Shown here piece by piece: positions 56,938 to 64,000 of a stretch of 64,000 nt of DNA. The translations under genes were made by a program, and so were the position numbers. Numbering within the stretch: the stretch's first letter is position 1; every line of letters starts with the position of its first letter. The notes under the pieces are model-generated. The model was not told where the DNA came from. It did no database searches and saw only the letters and a list, made by a program, of their open reading frames with translations. This DNA is from an uncultured Gammaproteobacteria bacterium (GTDB lineage: Bacteria; Patescibacteriota; Microgenomatia; Levybacterales; UBA12049): positions 18,794-82,793 of the forward strand of contig CAYJRY010000001.1 in NCBI GenBank assembly GCA_964372855.1. The letters run 5' to 3'.

Positions 56938-59079
56938 TTAGTTACCATCGTATATAGTTATATCTTGACCATCTCTTTTGGATTTTTCAATTACAGTTCT
57001 TATTGTTCTTCCATTCTTGTCTTTAATTTTAATTATTCCCCCATCGTATGCTGATAATATTTTGTCGTATTGCTTTTCCTCCCCTTTAACGCCGTGATAA
57101 TTATAGCTACTGTAAATTCTAGTACAGCATTCTTCGTAGAATAGATTCTGAATGCCCAAAGGCTCGATAAGTGGTGAGTAATAAATCCTAGCTATATGAT
57201 GAATAATTTTTACACCTTTATATGAAAGTATTTTTTCTTTAAGATTATTTGTAAGATTTGTAAATAAGGTAAATAAAGGAGCATCGGAACCTGGAATCAT
57301 ATTTTCAAGGTATGCGTTTTGCAAATGAACATTTTTTACGTATCCTATTTTGCTTAGGAAATCTAGCATCTCATTCTCTTTTTTCAAATCAATTTCTTGA
57401 GGATTAACTGTTATCAAGTAGCCATTAATATCTTCTACTAAAACATTTCCCCCTGAGTCAAGAATTCTTCCTCTCTTTCCTTGAGATATAATAGTCTCCA
57501 CATTATGTTCGGGCAAAAATCCATTCAAAACCAAATCCCAATCCCAAATAATTTTCCATTGGCCGTCTTCTTTAATCAATTCGATACTTTTATTTTCAAA
57601 GAAAGCACCCAGACCTCTTGTTTTATATTTAACTAAAATTTCAACTAAACCTCTATTCGCAAATACTGAAATATCGCGCTTTAATTCTTTTATTTCAATC
57701 GCTGCTACTGTAGCTTTATCCAAAATTCCCTGCGTATGCAAACGAAATTCACCGCGGGACATTTTAGGAAAGGCTAATTTCGCAATATTTTCATGATATA
57801 TATCTTGGAAGTATTGATTAGATAGATTGTAATAAAAATTATTCAAAACCAACTCTGATTTGGGCTGTAGAAAAAACGTGGAATGAACAATACCATAGAA
57901 AATTATTACTACAAAAATCAAGATCTCTTTTCTATTATTAACATAATTAACAACTACCTTAACAAAAAGAAGATAAAGAAAAGGTAAAACAATCATTAAA
58001 TATCTGGGATATGCAGGAATAAAGGTATATACAATAAGAGTCAATAAAGTGAAAATAGAAATACCTTTCCAAAATAGATTAACTCCTTTCTTAAGAAGAA
58101 ATATTATAGAAGTAATTATTCCAATTATGCTAATTGTAGGCCATATAATCCACCATTCAGTAACAGAAGTAAGAGAACCGTCTGAAATATTGGGAAATTT
58201 TCCTAAGAATAATGTTTGCCAAATAGCTTCCTTATGAACAACAACTTGAGACCTTAGGTAAAAATCTACAATATATTTTTGCAAGCTTAAAAAATCTATC
58301 AAGGAATTACCATCAAAAAAGAATTTACCATACGGAATAAGTATTCCAATAAATATTCCGAAAGTAAAAATAATATATTCTTTAATCTTCTTTATATAAA
58401 TAAAAAATCCGCTCTCAAGAAAAAAAATTATAGGCAAAAGAATCGGTGGTTTAGTCTGTGTAAATAACCCTAATGACAAACCAATTAATAAAGAAAGGAT
58501 AAGCGTTTTATTGTTTTTTTTATTTACAAATATAATGAATAAAAATAAATTTACTAGAAGAAAAAACAATTGAGAGATGTCAACCCATGCTTTCCAAAAC
58601 TGATTTATGAAAAGAGGGTCAACAAAAAAAAGCGCTGTGGCAAATAAGGCAAATATACTGCTTCCTAGTAACTTCTTCGAAATAAGAAAAAAAAGAAATA
58701 GAGATCCTATTCCCAAAAAAAGGGCATAATAGGCGGGATTTCTAAAAATTAAAATTGATAAACCAATTAGATATTTTCCTACAGGAGGTGTTTCCGCATT
58801 GAATCCGTCAAGAGAAATTGTATTATTAATAAGACCATATCCAATATAGGAAAATAGCCCATCATCTCCTATAATTCGCTTCGACAAAGGAAGAACCCAT
58901 TGCGAATGCTCAAAACGATCTTTCCAGTAAGGAACATTATAGGCCTCTCTAAAGAAAGCCCTTTTAAAATAAATAATCTGAACAGTTTGTATTAAAATAA
59001 TAAGACAACAAAAAATAACAAGAAGGTACTTACTTCTAGACAATGTTTCAGTAATAAATTTATAAATTTTATTTTGCAT
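56938..59079 (-). CDS. PMT/GT39-like polytopic glycosyltransferase candidate, long form
   Basis: 713 aa. It has IIGDDGLFSYIGYGLINN...AETPPVGKYLIGLSILIF, homologous to 39147-40310 and PMT-like. It has a large C-terminal soluble domain. Confidence 0.5.
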   Translation of the reverse strand: MQNKIYKFITETLSRSKYLLVIFCCLIILIQTVQIIYFKRAFFREAYNVPYWKDRFEHSQWVLPLSKRIIGDDGLFSYIGYGLINNTISLDGFNAETPPVGKYLIGLSILIFRNPAYYALFLGIGSLFLFFLISKKLLGSSIFALFATALFFVDPLFINQFWKAWVDISQLFFLLVNLFLFIIFVNKKNNKTLILSLLIGLSLGLFTQTKPPILLPIIFFLESGFFIYIKKIKEYIIFTFGIFIGILIPYGKFFFDGNSLIDFLSLQKYIVDFYLRSQVVVHKEAIWQTLFLGKFPNISDGSLTSVTEWWIIWPTISIIGIITSIIFLLKKGVNLFWKGISIFTLLTLIVYTFIPAYPRYLMIVLPFLYLLFVKVVVNYVNNRKEILIFVVIIFYGIVHSTFFLQPKSELVLNNFYYNLSNQYFQDIYHENIAKLAFPKMSRGEFRLHTQGILDKATVAAIEIKELKRDISVFANRGLVEILVKYKTRGLGAFFENKSIELIKEDGQWKIIWDWDLVLNGFLPEHNVETIISQGKRGRILDSGGNVLVEDINGYLITVNPQEIDLKKENEMLDFLSKIGYVKNVHLQNAYLENMIPGSDAPLFTLFTNLTNNLKEKILSYKGVKIIHHIARIYYSPLIEPLGIQNLFYEECCTRIYSSYNYHGVKGEEKQYDKILSAYDGGIIKIKDKNGRTIRTVIEKSKRDGQDITIYDGN

Positions 59080-61054
59080 TAATCTTATAAATCACTGTAG
59101 ATTGGTCCTCGTATACCTTATGTATATAAGCTTTCTTTGCAACAAAAGCTAACGGGTAAGGACTATAAATATATGATATTTTATTTTTTTCAAATCCCTG
59201 CCTTACCTCTTCTTGGAGATGGGTATACTCGGAAGAATCGTTTGGAGGTATGTTATCTAAGAAAATCACTTTATGAATAAAGTCAATTCTAGGCCTAATA
59301 TCCACTCCAAAAAAATCAATATATTCGTTACTAAGATAACTTCTTTTGTTGCCAAAAGCAACAATTGCGGGTGAGGATGAACCATACCAATGCCCTACAT
59401 CTTTTAACGTTGGCTTAATATCTTTGGATGGAATTTCTATAACAGTATCTCTATATTTTCCCTGCGATTTCAAAAAATTCATTGCTTGAAAATAAGGTCC
59501 TGATAATGAAAAACTATTTGAATTCCTAGTGCCAAAGTAAACCTTATAGCTCTCATATGCAGATGGCAATGTTAGAACGACAATTACTGTAAATAGCAAA
59601 GTTTTTATCAGCCGACTTGAGATAAGATTCAAGAATGCAGAAACTCCAAATGCGGCAAATAAAGAAATAAAAAATAAAAAATACCATCCCATTTGTATTA
59701 TTTCAAATACTTTCCCTGACTGGATAAAAAATAAGGGAATCAAAATAGAAATTAGAGTTATTAGCAAAACTGTAAAAGCAAAAAATGAAGGTGGTTTGCG
59801 TTGTTTCAAAAAAATCACTGGCAAGAAAAATAATCCTATCAATCTTGTACCCAAATTTCCAAACAAAAATACGTACAGTGCGTATAATTCTGTCTCTACT
59901 ATTCCCTTTATCACAGTAAACTTTGTATAAGTATACATTTTCTCTGCGTATCCATACCAAGGCATATTATCTGTTAAAACGCTATGAGGTGCCCAAAGAG
60001 GCGCGAAAATAAGAATAGATGTTGGATCTCTAAAAATACCGTATGTAAAAATAAAAATTAATCCTGTAATAAATAAAGGAATAAGTATAAAATAGTTTTT
60101 TTTGCGAACTATCTCAATTAAACTAAATAAGATAAAACCTCCAATAAGAATAATTCCTGCATATACTTTGAACATGGTAGACATACCAACGAACAAAGCG
60201 GCAATAATTAGCCAATTATTTTTTCTCGATTCAAGATATTGATAGGTCGCAAAAAGTGTTGAAATTACAATAATGATTGAAATGGCAAAAGGAGGATTAA
60301 TTAATGATGTTGCTGGCTGCTGTATTCCAAAAGCGCTATCCAGACTTAAATTAGTATGACCTCTTAAATAAAGGATGAAAGCGAAACTGCCGCCAAACAT
60401 AGTTAAAAAAACAGCCCAGAGAGCAACTGATGTTTTTTTACTCCATGCAAAACTTAAACAATAAACTCCCAGTCCCCACAAAATAGCCATAAATAACGGA
60501 AAGAAATGGAAATGTAACGAAAGAGGAGAAATAAAAATAATGTTACTAAACATTGCTATTAAAAAATTATAAAAAAAATGATAGCCCTTTAAAGGCACTT
60601 GTGCAAATCCTGGATTATCAGGCGGAAAATTTTCTTTTAATTCATTTATCAAAGCCAAATGCCACAAATCATCTCTTCCATATCTAATGGTATCTCCATA
60701 AACGCCAGACATTAACATGCTAAGGCTAAAAATAAATGATAAAACAAATATAATAAAAAAAGGCTTTATATGGAATTTATCAAGATTACAAGGCAACCAT
60801 TTCTTGCTTTTAATGACAAGAAAGTCAAGTATTAGTAGTATTGGCAAAATTATTATCTCCAATTTCAACCAAGTAAATATATAAGAAATTAGTGTAAATA
60901 GCATTATTCCTAAAGCAAATGGGAAAAAAAGATCCTCTGGCGAATCAAGTGTAAGTTTCAGTCTTGCTAATAAAAATTTTCCAGGCAAATAAAAACAAAT
61001 AAAAATAGCAAAAAGAAAAAGCACAATTTCTAGGAAAGATTGTAGAATATTCAT
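59069..61054 (-). CDS. Large polytopic membrane protein, possibly a YfhO-like GT-C candidate
   Basis: 661 aa. It has GDTIRYGRDDLWHLALINEL...FPPDNPGFAQVPLKGYHFFY and a C-terminal soluble domain. Confidence 0.3.
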   Translation of the reverse strand: MNILQSFLEIVLFLFAIFICFYLPGKFLLARLKLTLDSPEDLFFPFALGIMLFTLISYIFTWLKLEIIILPILLILDFLVIKSKKWLPCNLDKFHIKPFFIIFVLSFIFSLSMLMSGVYGDTIRYGRDDLWHLALINELKENFPPDNPGFAQVPLKGYHFFYNFLIAMFSNIIFISPLSLHFHFFPLFMAILWGLGVYCLSFAWSKKTSVALWAVFLTMFGGSFAFILYLRGHTNLSLDSAFGIQQPATSLINPPFAISIIIVISTLFATYQYLESRKNNWLIIAALFVGMSTMFKVYAGIILIGGFILFSLIEIVRKKNYFILIPLFITGLIFIFTYGIFRDPTSILIFAPLWAPHSVLTDNMPWYGYAEKMYTYTKFTVIKGIVETELYALYVFLFGNLGTRLIGLFFLPVIFLKQRKPPSFFAFTVLLITLISILIPLFFIQSGKVFEIIQMGWYFLFFISLFAAFGVSAFLNLISSRLIKTLLFTVIVVLTLPSAYESYKVYFGTRNSNSFSLSGPYFQAMNFLKSQGKYRDTVIEIPSKDIKPTLKDVGHWYGSSSPAIVAFGNKRSYLSNEYIDFFGVDIRPRIDFIHKVIFLDNIPPNDSSEYTHLQEEVRQGFEKNKISYIYSPYPLAFVAKKAYIHKVYEDQSTVIYKINAK

Positions 61055-62613
61055 TCTAAATTATGTTTATTTTCTCTAAATATTCGCTTTTGCACTAAAA
61101 ATTGACCAAACTTTTTTTCTTCTAAAATATCTGATGTTTTATTTTCTTCAAATATAATTTGCTGTATAAAATAATCCGGGATTCCAGTTGTTGGCTCAAT
61201 AATAACGTACCTATATTTCGTGCCAAAGGGTTTATCTAAAAGATTTCCTAAGTAACCTACTTGACTTTTTCCGCCATGATAAGGAAGATACCCATATTTT
61301 TTTTCGCCATACAGTTCATAAAGATACGACCATAAAGTATTTATATGCAAAGGGTTGGTTATCGGTATTATTGTAAACTGCTTGCCTCTGGATTCTTTAT
61401 AGGTATAATTAACAATTTCTTTTTCAAGACTTAGACTTATACCATATTGTACTGACAATGGACTATATTCTGTTTTGAGCCATGAATACACAGTATAAAA
61501 TTGCCCCGAAAAAATACAGATCAAAATAAAAGCAAGAAGTTTAAAATTTTTGACTGTATTTATTAATAAATATGCCCCTATTGCTATAATAGGAATAATA
61601 AAAGGTCCAAACATAAATCCACTATGCAGTATTCCTGATTTAAATAGATAAAAAATAACAAGTACTCCTAACCATATAGACAAAAGTATCAACGCGTATA
61701 TATCTTGCTTTTTTTTATATCGCTTTAAATAAAATATAACTAAAAATATGAAGAAAACTAATGCCCAATAAAAGGGTATAAAAGTTATTGATAAAAGAAA
61801 ATTAAACTTTTCAATAATTAAAAAAATCGTTTCCGTAAAAGGCCTTGAGGAAGACAGACTAGAGTTTAGAAAATCTGCAATTGCCAAAATAGCTTTGCCT
61901 TTAAATCGAATTTCGGAAATTACATATGTACTTGTCCCCAACAAAAAACCTAGTCCCAAAAGTAAAAAGCTTTGAAGTGTAAGTTTTATTTTATAAATTA
62001 ACCAGTATATAGGTAATACAATCAAAAACAAACCAAATGCGAAATCTGCTTGTATCAGAAACCCAAAAAAAAGACCTGTCAATATTAAATCTTTTTTTTG
62101 CTGTTGTTTTATGAACCTCCATAAAAAAAACAATAAAAGAGGCGTTATGTAAAGTGCAATAAGAGGATTTGCTAGCCACCTAGTAAATGTTTGAAAGAGC
62201 GGAGACGATGCATATAAAACAGAGGCCAAAAGGGCTATATGAAAATTTCGGAAAAGTTTGTATATAAAATAAATGCATAGAGGTATTGTAAGTAATGAAA
62301 AAAGAAAGAAGAAAACAGCAACAAATTCAGGGTTTCCAGAACTTATTGCATAAGGTAATGAAAGCAAATAATACCACAAAACACCATGATGCACTCCTGG
62401 AAGATCTGAGGACGGGCCAAGTATCTTAAAATCTTGATTATGCCAAATCGCGTATGCTTCGTAGGCATCTCTTGCTTGATCAAATCCGAAAACAAGCTGT
62501 TTTGATAGCCCAAAAAACGCAAATATAATAGAGATAATGAACGTAAAGACATACAATAAAAGTAGATAAAGAGGAATTTCTTTGAAATACTTTATTAATC
62601 TATGAATCGACAT
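61051..62613 (-). CDS. GT-C-like polytopic membrane protein, D-x-x-R-D family with a C-terminal LYGEKKYGY domain
   Basis: 520 aa. It has FGFDQARDAYEAYAIWHNQDFKILGP...GVHHGVLWYY and LYGEKKYGYLPYHGGKSQVGYL...RYVIIEPTTG. Confidence 0.45.
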   Translation of the reverse strand: MSIHRLIKYFKEIPLYLLLLYVFTFIISIIFAFFGLSKQLVFGFDQARDAYEAYAIWHNQDFKILGPSSDLPGVHHGVLWYYLLSLPYAISSGNPEFVAVFFFLFSLLTIPLCIYFIYKLFRNFHIALLASVLYASSPLFQTFTRWLANPLIALYITPLLLFFLWRFIKQQQKKDLILTGLFFGFLIQADFAFGLFLIVLPIYWLIYKIKLTLQSFLLLGLGFLLGTSTYVISEIRFKGKAILAIADFLNSSLSSSRPFTETIFLIIEKFNFLLSITFIPFYWALVFFIFLVIFYLKRYKKKQDIYALILLSIWLGVLVIFYLFKSGILHSGFMFGPFIIPIIAIGAYLLINTVKNFKLLAFILICIFSGQFYTVYSWLKTEYSPLSVQYGISLSLEKEIVNYTYKESRGKQFTIIPITNPLHINTLWSYLYELYGEKKYGYLPYHGGKSQVGYLGNLLDKPFGTKYRYVIIEPTTGIPDYFIQQIIFEENKTSDILEEKKFGQFLVQKRIFRENKHNLE

Positions 62614-63311
62614 TTTAGTAACGTTAAAAGAGCTATTGACCCATCTTTAAATGTATTTAATTTCTTACCTTCATTATAGCCTCTAGGATTTGTCGTAATA
62701 GGCACCTCAAATATCTTATAACCTTTTTTTAACAATTTAGCAGTAATCTCAGGCTCAAAATCAAAACTTTTTGCTTTTAGCGTCATCCCTTCAAGTGCTT
62801 TTTTTGGAAATAACTTATAACAAGTTTCCATATCTGTGATCCACTGTCCATAAAGTATACTTGTCAAGAAACTTAAAAATTTATTGCCTAGATAGTGCAA
62901 TAAAAATCGAGGAGTTCTTTCTTCTTTCGAAAAACTAGGTAAACGTTTAAGACGAGTTCCATAGACAACTTCACTTTCATTGTTTAGAACTGGTTCTACA
63001 AGCTTTACAATGTCTTTTGGATTATATTCCAAATCAGCATCCTGAATAACAATATAATCTCCAGTTGCATTTTTTATCCCAGTCTTAACCGCCATTCCCT
63101 TACCAAGATTTTTCGTATGTCGAATAATTTTGAGATTTGAAATTTGAGGTTTGAGAATTGAAATTTCCGATGAAGTAGAATCGGATGATCCATCATCAAC
63201 AACAATAATTTGTTTAGAAATACTTGGAACCTTCAACTCAGATACTTTCTTGATTACCTCAAGAATTGTCTCTTCTTCATTAAAAACGGGTATAATAATA
63301 GATAATTTCAT
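62595..63311 (-). CDS. GT2-family DPM1/polyprenol-phosphate mannose (or glucose) synthase-like glycosyltransferase
   Basis: 238 aa. It has LSIIIPVFNEEETI...IIVVDDGSSDSTSSEI...KNLGKGMAVKTGIKNATGDYIVIQDADLEYNPKD. Confidence 0.6.
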   Translation of the reverse strand: MKLSIIIPVFNEEETILEVIKKVSELKVPSISKQIIVVDDGSSDSTSSEISILKPQISNLKIIRHTKNLGKGMAVKTGIKNATGDYIVIQDADLEYNPKDIVKLVEPVLNNESEVVYGTRLKRLPSFSKEERTPRFLLHYLGNKFLSFLTSILYGQWITDMETCYKLFPKKALEGMTLKAKSFDFEPEITAKLLKKGYKIFEVPITTNPRGYNEGKKLNTFKDGSIALLTLLKCRFID

Positions 63312-63331
63312 TAAGTGAATTAATAAGATTT

Positions 63332-64000
63332 CTAGTTTTTTAATTTTTTAAAAATATATTGTTCTTGAGTCTTAAATATAATTTGGTAATTTTTATCTCT
63401 TTTTAATTTTTCAATTATATCAAAAATATCAGATGGGCTCGTAAAAAAATTGTTTGGATTCTGTCCACTACGAACATCTATTAATATGTAGTCAGGATTA
63501 TAATCATTATAATTATTCCTAAGTAGCCAAACTTTCTGATGAGTGAAATGGGAAGCTAAATTATTTTGCGTCATTACCGAACTATCACGCGGGATCTGTT
63601 TAATTACATTATCTAAAAAAGTAAAATTACCTGTATGGCTATAAAATGCCTTATTATAGGCTAACCCAAAAGGACCATGTAATACAAATTGAAACAAATA
63701 AAGAGAGTTTAGAATTAAGAACAATCCAAAAAGATTTAAATATTTTTTTAGAATATAAATTCTATTTTTTAAAAAATGAAAACTGTAAATACTTGCTATA
63801 GCCATAATCACAGCTAACTGCGCATTGTAATGTAGACCAAGTCCCCATCTGGTTGGGGTCATAGGTATAAAACGAATAAATAAATCTTGAAAAATTAATG
63901 CCCAAAAAGACGGCGATATAAGTGGTAAAAAACCAAAACTGTAAAAACTATAAAAAAGAGTGTTTCTTTTTATAGAATCGTCGAGAAATGCAGTAACGTA
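63332..64000 (-). CDS. Partial CDS (N-terminus beyond the window): another polytopic membrane protein with a C-terminal soluble domain
   Basis: The frame is open from 63862 to the window edge with no stop (…YSFYSFGFLPLISPSFWALIFQDLF…) and is hydrophobic. The listed ATG at 63862 is probably internal. Confidence 0.35.
   Translation of the reverse strand, partial: YVTAFLDDSIKRNTLFYSFYSFGFLPLISPSFWALIFQDLFIRFIPMTPTRWGLGLHYNAQLAVIMAIASIYSFHFLKNRIYILKKYLNLFGLFLILNSLYLFQFVLHGPFGLAYNKAFYSHTGNFTFLDNVIKQIPRDSSVMTQNNLASHFTHQKVWLLRNNYNDYNPDYILIDVRSGQNPNNFFTSPSDIFDIIEKLKRDKNYQIIFKTQEQYIFKKLKN

Noticed and set aside
63110-63180. Imperfect tttga/ttgaa-rich stretch that could be taken for a second phase-variation tract
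   Set aside because: The units are irregular, with no perfect tandem copies, and lie within a conserved GT2 coding region.
1-64000. Search for rRNA, tRNA, transposase, integrase or phage genes as markers of a mobile island
   Set aside because: No tRNA-like cloverleaf-capable GC-rich segments, rRNA-like conserved blocks or transposase/integrase motifs (DDE, tyrosine recombinase R..H..R..Y) were seen in any long ORF. The island is not demonstrably mobile from this window.

Overview
This is a 64 kb, very AT-rich (roughly 30% GC by eye), gene-dense window with almost no non-coding sequence. Many stop/start codons overlap by 4 bp (ATGA), which suggests long translationally coupled operons. The style resembles a small-genome, Patescibacteria/CPR-like bacterium, but that is an inference. 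No rRNA, tRNA, transposase, integrase or CRISPR array was recognised. The whole window is one large glycan-biosynthesis island in two parts.

Part 1 (1-29 kb) is a nucleotide-sugar toolkit plus GT-A/GT-B glycosyltransferases. It holds a complete GDP-D-glycero-alpha-D-manno-heptose pathway (GmhA, HddA, and a fused HddC-GmhB). A split transketolase pair sits with it and may supply sedoheptulose-7-P. A Gmd-like 4,6-dehydratase and a ColD/E1-like 3-dehydratase (His in place of the PLP lysine) are present. So are an RmlC-like 3,5-epimerase, several SDR epimerases/reductases, a Zn-ribbon sugar C-methyltransferase and a TylF-like O-methyltransferase. There are three paralogous SAM methyltransferases, an N-formyltransferase, a partial aminotransferase, and several GT2 and GT4 glycosyltransferases. 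Two Wzx-like flippases complete this part.

Part 2 (29-64 kb) is an exceptional tandem array of about 19 polytopic GT-C-like membrane proteins on the minus strand. They fall into recognisable paralog groups. These are PMT/GT39-like, ArnT/GT83-like, YfhO-like, DUF2029-like, and a six-member family with a D-x-x-R-D first-loop motif (three members also share a C-terminal WYGxKKYGY motif). The array is interspersed with GT2 polyprenol-phosphate-sugar synthase-like genes. It also contains a duplicated secreted-protein module, pseudogene remnants and a heptanucleotide tandem repeat at a gene junction.

The most unusual readout is a candidate deoxy/branched/methylated heptose glycan built by a hugely expanded GT-C transferase repertoire. 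All functional calls are from motif-level reading of the translations, not database searches.
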